This document shows, piece by piece, positions 40,074-52,197 of a stretch of DNA of 64,000 nt. Within the stretch, counting starts at the first letter, position 1; each line of letters starts with the position of its first letter. The position numbers were made by a program, and so were the translations under genes. Origin of the DNA: an uncultured Actinomycetes bacterium (GTDB lineage Bacteria; Actinomycetota; Thermoleophilia; Gaiellales; JALYLC01); the NCBI GenBank assembly GCA_963845865.1, contig CAWJTT010000023.1, positions 1,722-65,721 on the forward strand, read 5' to 3'. The notes under the pieces were generated by a model. That model had not been told where the DNA came from. It worked only from the letters and a program-made list of their open reading frames with translations, and made no database searches.

Positions 40074-40834
40074 ATGCGCATCCTGCTCACGAACGACGAC
40101 GGCGTCGACTCGCCGCTGCTCGCGGACCTCGCCACGCATCTGGACGCCCTGGGCGACGTCGACGTCATCGCGCCGGCCAGCGACATGACGGGAGTCTCGC
40201 GCTCGCTCAGCCTCGGCGGCCCGATCGCCGTCGACGAGATCCTCCTCCCCGGCGGGCGCGCGGCCTTCGCCGTCGCCGGCACGCCGGCCGATTGCGTGCG
40301 CTTCGGCGCGCTCGGGCTCGCCGGCGGGACGCCCGACCTCGTCATCTCAGGCCCCAACCGCGGCGTCAACCTCGGCGACGACGTCGCCTACTCCGGGACG
40401 GTCGCAGCTGCGCTCGAGGCCGCGCTGCTGGATCTCCCGGCTGCCGCGCTCTCCCAGCAGGGAAGCCCCGACGGCAGCTTCGACACCGCGGCGCTCGGGC
40501 GCTTCAGCCTGAGGCTCGTGCCGCTGCTCGCCTCCGGTGCCATGCCGCCCGGCGTCGTGATCAACGTGAACGCGCCCGCGGGGGAGGTCGCCGGCGTGCG
40601 CGTGGCGCGACTCGGTCGCCGGCGCTACCGGCCCCAGTTGCGGCCGGCCGGGGAGGCCGAGGGCGGGCGGCGTCACTACCGGTTGTACGGCGAGGGGACG
40701 CTGGGGCTCGAAGGCGAGCCGGGCACCGACATCGCCGCCGTGGCGGAGGGCTTCATCGCGCTCACGCCGCTGCGCTTCGATCTCTATGCCGAGGACGCGT
40801 TGGCCCCGCTCACCGCGCTGCTCCCGGAGACCCG

Positions 40835-40838
<4 letters not shown>
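40074..40838 (+). CDS. surE: 5'/3'-nucleotidase SurE
   Basis: 254 aa, MRILLTNDDGVDSPLL...AGTPADCV...ISGPNRGVNLGDDVAYSGTVAAA. Confidence 0.93.
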
Positions 40839-44784
<3,946 letters not shown>

Positions 44785-44788
<4 letters not shown>

Positions 44789-45777
44789 CGGAACGTGATG
44801 GTAATGGTCTGGGTCCCGTACACGGACGCACGCTGGTCGGGCATCCAGATGTCGATGGTCGCGCCGATCACCGCCGAGCCCGTGTCGGCGGCGACACATG
44901 GCCCGTAGCCCGGCACGTCGAAGCGGGTGCCGAGCGGGATGACGCGCGGGTCGGTCGCGCAGATGCCCTGGCCCACGGGAAGCCCGCTCGCCGTGCGCCC
45001 CGGCAGCGAGTAGGCGGTGGAGGAGACCGAGAGGGTCGTGCCGGCGGCCAGCGACGGCGGCTCGGGTGGGGGCGGCGGGGACGACGGGGGCGGCGGCGAT
45101 GCCGCGGTGCTCCCGCCGCCGTGCGGCTGTGGCTGCACCACGAGGCGGGCGCGCTCCACATCGCGATGGGCGACCGAGGCCAGGGCCGCAACCGCGTGCA
45201 CGCGATCGCGCCGCAGGCGGGCGAGCAGCGCCCGGTGCGCTCGATCGGCCTGTCCCAGCTCGGCCACCTTCGCATGCCAGGCCGCCTGCTCGGCGCTTGC
45301 TCCGGCCTCGGCGGAGGCCAGGGCGCGCGCCTGGCTCCGCAGTGCCGCACGCCAGCGGCGAGCAGCGTGGACGAGCGAGCTGTCCGACCTCGAGAGGCGA
45401 TTGAGCAGGTCGAGTCCGGCGCCCACGTCGCTCCACGAGCGCGACTCGAGCAGCACCGCGAAGGCGTCGAGCGGGCGTGCGCGGTAGATCTCGTTCAGCC
45501 GCAGTGCGAGCGCCCGCTGGGCTGCGCGCTCGTTGATGCGCGCGACCGACACCCGCTGGCGCAGATCGCGGAGATCCGACCGCACGCGCACGAGCCGTGC
45601 ATTCGCGGCGCGCTCACCCTCCTGCGCGCGCGCGAGTGCCGCATCCGTCGCGAACAGCTGGAGCAGAGCGGTGCGCTCGCGCGGCCCGGTCGCTGCCGGC
45701 GAGGATCGGGCGGACGTCGCCGGCAAAGCCAGCGCCACGACGACGAGCACGAGCGGACGCCGGAAGCGGACGCGCAC
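44785..45777 (-). CDS. Secreted coiled-coil protein with a C-terminal 3D (MltA-like) domain, putative cell-wall-active protein
   Basis: 330 aa with a signal peptide, a long coiled coil, a Pro-rich linker (PPPPSSPPPPPEPP) and a 3D-domain-like end (STAYSLPGRTASG...ATDPRVIPLGTRFDVPGYG...AADTGSAVIGATIDIWM). Confidence 0.75.
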
Positions 45778-45851
45778 CCGGAGAGGGTACCGGCTATCCG
45801 GCCGGCACCGAACCGAGCCGGCCGGGCGCGCTCAGGGGGAGAGGATTCCGG

Positions 45852-46043
45852 TCAGGCGGTGCTGGTCGCGTGCGTGGCTTCCAGTTCGGGTTCCAGGTGG
45901 ATCAGCCGCACAGCCTCGAAGAGCGTCTTGTCGATTCTGCCGTGATAGACCGGGACGCACTCTTCGACGCAGATCCGGATGACTTCGGCTCGGTCGATCC
46001 CGAACTCACGGGAGAGCTCTTCGGGCGTGAGGTGGTTCGGCAT
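45852..46043 (-). CDS. Small hypothetical protein (63 aa), possible helix-turn-helix
   Basis: AAGGAG (complement of 46053-46058) lies 9 nt before the ATG at 46043. The product is MPNHLTPEELSREFGIDRAEVIRICVEECVPVYHGRIDKTLFEAVRLIHLEPELE. The upstream in-frame extension of ORF 45852..46373 crosses a terminator. Confidence 0.55.
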   Translation of the reverse strand: MPNHLTPEELSREFGIDRAEVIRICVEECVPVYHGRIDKTLFEAVRLIHLEPELEATHATSTA

Positions 46044-46080
46044 GGTTCGCGACTCCTTGCACGTTGCACATGGGCCCTTC

Positions 46081-46115
46081 AACGACAAAGCCCACCAGGC
46101 GATGCCGTGGTGGGC
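46081..46115 (-). terminator. Rho-independent terminator-like hairpin (minus strand)
   Basis: On the minus strand, GCCCACCA-CGGCATCGCC-TGGTGGGC (the stem can extend by 3 bp) is followed by CTTTGTCGTT. Confidence 0.55.
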
Positions 46116-46123
46116 TCTGCAGG

Positions 46124-46153
46124 TCAGGTAGCGGCTTCCGAGGCGGTCACCAT
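46124..46153 (-). other. Candidate 9-codon upstream ORF (MVTASEAAT) ending 8 nt before the terminator stem
   Basis: On the minus strand, GGAGGGAG (46170-46163), 9 nt, then ATG (46153) GTG ACC GCC TCG GAA GCC GCT ACC TGA (46126-46124). Confidence 0.2.
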
Positions 46154-46276
46154 CGGTAGATACTCCCTCCCATGGCGAGAGTGTAGCGGCGTGCGCGGAT
46201 GCGGGCAAGGGCAGAAGGGGGAGAAGGAGCAGAACGGGATACGCGCGTCGCAGCTCGAATGTCGAGCCGGCGGTCG

Positions 46277-46400
46277 GAGCGCATTTCAGGATGAGCGCGC
46301 GTCTGGGCGGCTGGATCGCCCTCCAGCCGGATGATCGGCGCTCGACGGTTCGAGACTGCGCCATCCGCTCCAACGGCCACGCTCATCCTGAAATGCGCTC
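46277..46400. repeat. 124-bp element bounded by perfect 21-bp inverted repeats (structured RNA, MITE-like element or long hairpin)
   Basis: GAGCGCATTTCAGGATGAGCG (46277-46297) and its exact reverse complement CGCTCATCCTGAAATGCGCTC (46380-46400) flank an 82-nt spacer. The spacer has two internal hairpins (CGGCTGGA/TCCAGCCG and GGCGC-CTCGA/TCGAG-GCGCC). The right arm abuts the nif3 stop codon. Confidence 0.85.
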
Positions 46401-47162
46401 TTAGACAGGGTTCGGGACGTCCAGGAAGACGTGCTCGAGCGCGAAGCGCTCGCTCAGGAGGTCGCCCGCGGCGCGGACGCCCAGCGTCTCGGTCGCGTGG
46501 TGGCCCGCGCACACGATGGAGATGCCGAGCTCGCGCGCGAGCGCGCGGAAATCCTCCTGGGGCTCGCCCGTGAGCAGCGCGTCCACGCCGAGCGCTCCTG
46601 CCTCGAGCGCGATCCCGCCAGGCCGGCCGGAGCAGATCGCGAGCGTGCGCACGCGCTCGGGCCCGCCCGGGAACGCGATCGGAACGCGGCCGACGATCTC
46701 GGCCACGCGTTCGGCGAGGGCCTGCAATGGCAGGGCCGCTTTCAGCGTGCCATGCACTGCGAGCGGGATGCCGCCGTGCTCCGAGAACCACCCGTCCACG
46801 CGCAGCCGCAGCTCCTCGGCCAGACGCGCGTTGTTGCCGATGCGCGGGTGCCCGTCGAGCGGCAGGTGGTAGGCCGCGAGCGTGATGTCGGCCGCGAACA
46901 GGCGCTCCAGGCGGCGGCGCAGGTGGGCGCCGATCGCGCGGGGCTCGTTGTCCCAGAACATGCCGTGGTGCACGAGCAGCAGCTGTGCCCCCTCCACGGC
47001 GGCGCGGTCGAAGACCTCGAGCGTGGATGACACGGCCGAGGCCACGCGCTCGACGTGCCCGGCACCGATGACCTGCATCCCGATGGGGGCGTAGTCGCGG
47101 TAGCGCGTCGTCTCGAGCTCCGCGTCGAGGAATGCCAGGATCTCGTCGCGTTGTGCGCTCAT
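46401..47162 (-). CDS. Nif3-family dinuclear metal centre protein (YbgI/GTP cyclohydrolase 1 type 2 homolog)
   Basis: Start MSAQRDEILAFLD at 47162. The product contains ...DYAPIGMQV...LLLVHHGMFW...AYHLPLDGHP..GNN...CAGHHATE and is 253 aa. The longer ORF-track version runs into the tRNA. Confidence 0.85.
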   Translation of the reverse strand: MSAQRDEILAFLDAELETTRYRDYAPIGMQVIGAGHVERVASAVSSTLEVFDRAAVEGAQLLLVHHGMFWDNEPRAIGAHLRRRLERLFAADITLAAYHLPLDGHPRIGNNARLAEELRLRVDGWFSEHGGIPLAVHGTLKAALPLQALAERVAEIVGRVPIAFPGGPERVRTLAICSGRPGGIALEAGALGVDALLTGEPQEDFRALARELGISIVCAGHHATETLGVRAAGDLLSERFALEHVFLDVPNPV

Positions 47163-47169
47163 CGGAAGG

Positions 47170-47198
47170 CTGCCGGGGCCGCGCCGCGGCCCCGGCAG
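47170..47198. other. 29-bp perfect palindrome/hairpin between tRNA-Pro and nif3
   Basis: CTGCCGGGGCCGCG-C-CGCGGCCCCGGCAG has 14-bp arms. It lies 5 nt downstream of the tRNA 3' end on the minus strand and 7 nt upstream of the nif3 ATG. Confidence 0.6.
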
Positions 47199-47203
47199 CG
47201 CAA

Positions 47204-47277
47204 TCGGGGTGCCCAGATTCGAACTGGGGACCTCTCCGACCCGAACGGAGCGCGCTACCAGGCTGCGCCACACCCCG
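47204..47277 (-). tRNA. tRNA-Pro (anticodon CGG)
   Basis: The reverse complement folds as a cloverleaf: CGGGGTG-TG-GCGC/AGCCTGGTA/GCGC-G-CTCCG/TTCGGGT/CGGAG-AGGTC-CCCAG/TTCGAAT/CTGGG-CACCCCG-A. All stems are Watson-Crick, the T-loop is GTTCGAATC, and CCA is not encoded. Confidence 0.95.
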
Positions 47278-47329
47278 GAAGCGCCGATTATCGCACACTC
47301 GCGTGGCCGGGAACGCTCTCAGTGCGCTC

Positions 47330-49727
47330 CTAGCCGGCTCCCGCTCTGCGCCGCCAGAAGCGCACGACCTCCACCTGCTCTCCGCCGGGTCGCGTGAGCG
47401 ACAGGCCGAGCAGCCCGAGCGCCCCGATCGCGAAAGTCGTGCAGATGATGCTGACGACGACGGGAAGCGCGGTCGGTGCGGCGAGCCCGAAGGGAGTCCG
47501 CAGCGCAGGGATCGAGAGGATGACGAGATAGGCCACGGCCAGGCTGCCCACGAGCGTGGGAACGAGGGCACCGCGCACGCGCGAGCGGCGCATGCTGCCC
47601 GACTCGAGCACGAGCACGAGGTAGAGGCCAACGAAGACGAGAATCGTGAGCGACGTCGTCTGCGACTCCGCCGCGGAGCGGCCGATCGATGTGTGCACGA
47701 GCCCGTGCCCGAGCAGGACCGCGATGCCGAGCACGAGGCCTGCGGGAAGTGCGAAGCCGGCCACGTCGCGCAGGAACGGCTTGGGCTGCGCCTGCGCCGC
47801 GGGGGCGAGCGCCAGGAAGAACGCCGGAATGCCCACGGTCAGGGCCGCGGCCAGCGAGAGCTGGCGCGGAAGGAACGGGAAGGTGCCGCCGCCGACGCCG
47901 ACGGTCAGGATGAGCGTCGCGGCGAATACGGATTTCGCGACGAACAGCTTGGCGACCCGCTGGACGTTGCGAAGGATCTTGCGACCCTCCTCGACGGCGA
48001 AGGGGATCGACTCGAAGCTCTCGCTCACGAGCACGACGTCGGCCACGCCCTTGGCGAGCTGGCTGCCCGACCCGAGCGCGACCGCGACGTCGCACTCCTT
48101 GAGTGCCGGGACGTCGTTGACGCCGTCTCCGATCATCCCGACACGCCGACCGCCGTGACGCAGCGCCGCGACCAGCTGGCGCTTGTGCTCCGGCTGCACG
48201 CGGGCAAAGACCGCGTTGTCGATCGCGCTGCGGCGCAGGGCGCCCGCGTCCTCCGGTAGCTCGGACCCGGTCGTCACGCGCCCGTCGGTGTCGATGCCCG
48301 CGGCGCGCGCGACGGCGGCCACCGTCGCCGGCCCGTCGCCCGAGATGACCTTGACGTTCACGCCGGTGCGGTGCAGGTAGGCCACGGTCGTGGCCGCGTC
48401 GGGCCGCATGCGCTCGCTGAGCGCGACGACGGCGAGGGGCGCGAGCGCGGGGAGGAGAGGCTCGTCGTCGCCCTCGGGCTCGGTCAGGCCGTCCGTGCGG
48501 GCGAACAGCAGCACGCGCAGACGGCGGTCCTGCCGCACGGAGATCTCCTCGGCGAGGGCGGGATCGTGCTCGCCGCGGAGGATGACCTCGGGGGCTCCCA
48601 GTACGAGCTGGGTGCCGTCGCCGAATACGATCCCGCTCCACTTCCAACGCGAGGAGAACGGCACCTCGAGCGGGACGGCCTGCGGCGACCCGCCGAGCTC
48701 CGCGTGCAGCGCATCCGCGGTCGGGTTGCGGCTGCCGAGGCTCGCGGCGAACTGCGCGAGCAGCTCGTGCACCTCGTGACCGTCGGCGCCGGAGATCGGC
48801 ATGATCTCCTCGACTGCGAGCGTGCCGTCCGTGAGCGTTCCGGTCTTGTCGAGGCAGACGACGTCGAGCCCGGCGAGCGCCTCCACGGCCGGCAGGCGCT
48901 GCACGAGCGCGCCCCGCCGCCCGACGCGCGTCGCCGCCACGGCGAAGACGAGGCTCGCGAGCAGCACGAGGCCCTCGGGGACGAGCGAGACGATCCCCGC
49001 GACGGACGTCGAGACCGCTTCGCGCGTCGGCACGTCGTGGACGTGCAGGGCGTACAGCAGGAGGGCGGCGATCGGAATCATGAGCGCGACCAGCAGGCGG
49101 AGCAGGCGGTTGATCGAGACCTGCAGTGGAGACAGCTCGCGGCGATCCTCGCGCGCGACGCCCGTGAGCTCGTTGGCATAGGCGTCTGAACCGACCTTCT
49201 CGGCTTCGTAGATGCCACTTCCGGCCACGCAGAACGAGCCGGACTGCACGGTCTCGCCCACCCGGCGGGCGTCCGGGTCGGACTCGCCGGTCAGGATCGA
49301 CTCGTCGACCTGCAGGCCGCGGGCCTCGACCAGGCGGCCGTCGGCCACGATCTGATCTCCCGGGCGTAGCACGATCGCGTCGCCTGCGACCACGTCGTCG
49401 ACCGCGATCTCGCGCTCCGTGCCGTCGCGCAGGACGCGCGCGCGTGGCGCCGCGAGCAGCGCCAGCCGGTCGAGCGCCCGCTTTGCCCGTACCTCCTGCA
49501 CGATGCCGATGCCGGAGTTGACCACCAGCACGCCGGCGAAGAGCAGGTCGCCGAGCTGGCCTGTCGCGATCAGCGCGACCGCACACGCCGCCAGCACGAG
49601 ATTGAAGAACGTGAGCAGGTTGCGGCGGAGGATGGCCCGGTAGGAGAGGCTGCTCGCCGCCGGGTGCGGCGGCTCGACCCTCGAGCCGGCGCGCCGCCTC
49701 GGCCGAGGTGAGACCGTAGGTCGCCAC
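47330..49727 (-). CDS. Cation-transporting P-type ATPase (HAD-IC family; substrate not assignable); one frame break near 49676-49680
   Basis: Motifs are TGES, DKTGTLT and GDGVNDVPALK, with 8-10 TM helices. The N-terminal segment VATYGLTSAEAARRLE is in the frame of ORF 47319..49802 and joins |VEPPHPAASSLSYRAILRRNLLTFFN of ORF 47330..49873. Length is 3n+1. Confidence 0.88.
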
Positions 49728-49809
49728 TCGCGACAGCGTAGGGGGTGCGAGCGGCCGCGAAGGCCTGCGGCTGCCGGCCGACCGCTTGCAGGCACGGCAC
49801 AATGACGGC

Positions 49810-50481
49810 GTGTGCGGGCGCTACACCGTGGCCGTCGACCCGCAGTTGCTCGCGGAGCGATTCCACGTGACATTGCCTGAGGAGGTCGTGCCGCGTTTCA
49901 ACGTCGCTCCGACCGATCCCGTCCTGGCCGTCACCCGGCGCGGCGATCACCGGGAGCTGCTGATCGCGCGCTGGGGTCTCGTGCCGCACTGGGCGACGGA
50001 TGCCAAGGCGGGCGCCAGGATGATCAACGCGCGGGCCGAGACCCTGACGGAGCGGTCTGCCTATCGGTCGCTGCTCGCCAAGGGTCGCTGCCTGATCCTG
50101 GCCGACGGCTTCTACGAGTGGCGACTCGATCCGGACGGCACGAAACGGCCCGTTCGCTACACGATCGACGGCGGATCGCCGTTCGGCTTCGCCGGCCTCT
50201 GGACGGGGCGGCGCGACCCGGAGAGCGGTGACTGGCTGCGCACCTGCACCATTGTCACGACGACGGCCAACGAGCTCGTCGCGCCCGTGCACGACCGAAT
50301 GCCCGTCATCCTCCCGAGCGCTGACGAGGACGCCTGGCTCGACCGCGACGTTGCGGTGGAGGAGGCGCTGGCGCTGCTACGGCCCTACCCGTCTGCGGAG
50401 ATGCACGCCGCCGACGCCTCCATGCTCGTGAACTCCGTCAAGAACGACGACGCGCGGCTGCTGGATCCGCTCGCGTCGTGA
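49810..50481 (+). CDS. SOS response-associated peptidase (SRAP/YedK family; abasic-site sensor)
   Basis: GTG at 49810 is followed directly by Cys: (M)CGRYTV... Further motifs are FNVAPT, ARWGLVPHW, INARAET, DGFYEW and HDRMPVIL. Confidence 0.88.
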   Translation: MCGRYTVAVDPQLLAERFHVTLPEEVVPRFNVAPTDPVLAVTRRGDHRELLIARWGLVPHWATDAKAGARMINARAETLTERSAYRSLLAKGRCLILADGFYEWRLDPDGTKRPVRYTIDGGSPFGFAGLWTGRRDPESGDWLRTCTIVTTTANELVAPVHDRMPVILPSADEDAWLDRDVAVEEALALLRPYPSAEMHAADASMLVNSVKNDDARLLDPLAS

Positions 50482-50485
50482 CAGC

Positions 50486-51496
50486 TCAGGCCAGCGCGCC
50501 CAGGATCAGGTCGACGATCACCTGCGGGTCGCGGCGCAGACGCGGGACGCTGCGGTCGCGGCGGCGGATCTCGACGTCGCTCGCACGCTCCAGGCGGCGC
50601 AGCCTGCCCTCCCGCAGGAGCTTCTCGTCGACGCCGCCCATGCGGCCCTGGAACGTGGTGTAGACCGGCACGCCGAGGGCGACCGCCTCGCGGTTCATGC
50701 TGCCCCCCGCCGAGATCACGAGATCGGAGGCCGAGACCAGGCTTGGGCCGTCGATCGCGTGCTCCGGCACGAGCACGGAGGGCAGCGCGAGCCGCCGGAG
50801 CTCGTCGGCCTGCTCGCGCAGTCGCGGCAGGACCACGGCATGGATCCCCGGATCGCTGCCCAGGCGGTCGAGCAGATCGGCGTAGATCGGGTTGTCGACA
50901 CGGTGGTAGAGCGCCGCGGTGGGCGGCGTGCGCAGCACGACCACGATGCGCCCTGGATCCGCTCCGACCTTTTCCAGGATGCCCGGATCCGGCTCGAAGT
51001 CGTGGAGGAAGTACTCCTCCTTGAGCCCTGGATAGCGGCGCAGCTTGCGTGGCCCCGCGCCATAGCGGCGCAGCCGGTCCGGCGGAATCGCGTCCGGGAC
51101 GATCACGCGCCGCGCGAGCCGGCAGCCGATCATGTGCTGGAACGTGGCCCACTCGTAGTCGAAGAGATCCACTGCGGGGATGCGGAGCGCGGTCGCCACG
51201 ATCGGAAGATCGTTCGAGCCGTGGGCCGCTGCGAGATCGAAGCTGGGGCGGCCGCGCGCCCACCGCCACAGTGCCGTCGAGCGGCCCGCGAGGCTGCGCA
51301 GCTTGCCGCCGGCTGAACGCCCGCCGTGCGCTCCGACGGCGAACGCGTCCAGACCTGCGAGCTGAGCGAGCTCCAGCGTCTGGGCGAAGTCGCGTGCCGT
51401 GACCTCGACCTCGTGGCCTGCGGCGCGTAGCCGCTGCACGAGCGGCCGGAAGACGACCGGGTGGGCGGGTGCCGAGAGGTCGATCCAGATCCTCAT
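50486..51496 (-). CDS. DUF354 family protein (glycosyltransferase/epimerase-like fold)
   Basis: 336 aa, MRIWIDLSAPAHPVVFRPLVQRLRAAGHEVEVTARDFAQTLELAQLAG... This matches the characteristic DUF354 N-terminus. Confidence 0.7.
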   Translation of the reverse strand: MRIWIDLSAPAHPVVFRPLVQRLRAAGHEVEVTARDFAQTLELAQLAGLDAFAVGAHGGRSAGGKLRSLAGRSTALWRWARGRPSFDLAAAHGSNDLPIVATALRIPAVDLFDYEWATFQHMIGCRLARRVIVPDAIPPDRLRRYGAGPRKLRRYPGLKEEYFLHDFEPDPGILEKVGADPGRIVVVLRTPPTAALYHRVDNPIYADLLDRLGSDPGIHAVVLPRLREQADELRRLALPSVLVPEHAIDGPSLVSASDLVISAGGSMNREAVALGVPVYTTFQGRMGGVDEKLLREGRLRRLERASDVEIRRRDRSVPRLRRDPQVIVDLILGALA

Positions 51497-51530
51497 GGGC
51501 GCTCGCCCACCCGGAGCGTTTCGGCGAGCG

Positions 51531-51982
51531 CTAGCGTCGGCCGAGCGCGCGCTCGATGGCGGCGAGCCGATCGCGGTCCTTGCGCGCGTCCACGAGTTCC
51601 TTCTCGAGGCGGTCGATGTGTGCGACGAGGGCTTCGGCCGCGTCGCTCAGCTGCCGGGCGATGGCCGCAGCCGAGGTCGGGGCCGCACCGGCGCCGCTCT
51701 TCGGGGGTCGGCCGCGGCGCGCAGGGGTCTTGCCGGTAGTGGCAGTCTTGGCAGCGCGCCCTTGGCGGCAGTTTTCTTGCGCGGACGCAACTGCACGCCC
51801 CCGCCGCCCGGAAGTGAACGAGCCACGCGGTAGTACGCGGTCTGGACCGTCGCGGTCGAGCGGCCGGTCTCCTGGGCAACGAGCTTGAAGGCCTCTGTTG
51901 CTTTCTTTCCTTCATCGATGTGCTTGCGCACAGCCTCATAGCTCGCCTTGCCAATGCTGCCGCGCGCTCCGGATGCCTGCAT
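51531..51982 (-). CDS. Small putative DNA-binding protein: N-terminal HTH-like region, RGRP AT-hook, C-terminal coiled coil; one frame break near 51750-51760 (net -1 or +2)
   Basis: The reconstruction is MQASGARGSIGKASYEAVRKHIDEGKKATEAFKLVAQETGRSTATVQTAYYRVARSLPGGGGVQLRPRKKTAAKGA|AKTATTGKTPARRGRPPKSGAGAAPTSAAAIARQLSDAAEALVAHIDRLEKELVDARKDRDRLAAIERALGRR, with TAG at 51533-51531. It ends 35 nt upstream of the DUF354 gene. Confidence 0.6.
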
Positions 51983-52034
51983 CGTTTCCCTCGCTGTCTG
52001 GGGGTCGTTTACCTGGGGGGGATTGAGCGCACGC

Positions 52035-52061
52035 GCCGCACTGTTAGAGCTCTATTGCGGC
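52035..52061. promoter_or_regulatory. 27-bp near-perfect palindrome in a divergent promoter region (candidate operator)
   Basis: GCCGCA-CTGT-TAGAGCTCTA-T-TGCGGC has a 10-bp perfect palindromic core flanked by complementary 6-mers. It lies between the HTH/AT-hook gene and the lipoprotein gene. Confidence 0.35.
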
Positions 52062-52197
52062 GGGCATGAATGTGCGCAGCGGTAGTGTAGGGTGAGCGAA
52101 GGGATCGGGCGCTCAGGTCCCCGGCGTCGAATGCCGATACGCACTGCCGTGTACCACGCGCGAGTCGAGCATCCTGCATGATGAGGAGGAGGGTCTG

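Noticed and set aside
46120-46129. CAGGTCAGGT, resembling the 5' side of the SRP RNA domain IV consensus (CAGGTCAGGTCCGGAAGGAAGCAGCC).
   Set aside because: The GGAA tetraloop and the AGCAGCC 3' side are absent, and the surrounding sequence does not form the SRP helix 8. On the other strand this segment overlaps the uORF.
46347-46356. GGTTCGAGAC inside the inverted-repeat element, resembling a tRNA T-loop and so suggesting a tRNA-like or tmRNA fragment.
   Set aside because: The flanking bases cannot form a 5-bp T-stem (GACGG against CTGCG), and there are no acceptor or anticodon arms.
45852-47330. Genomic island integrated at tRNA-Pro, suggested by the small HTH gene resembling an excisionase and the IR element.
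   Set aside because: There is no integrase or recombinase, and no direct repeat of the tRNA 3' end. nif3 is a housekeeping gene with normal composition.
46147-47631. 494-aa minus-strand ORF spanning nif3, the tRNA and the end of the ATPase gene.
   Set aside because: It runs straight through a well-folded tRNA gene and overlaps two supported genes out of frame, with an Arg/Ala/Pro-rich composition.
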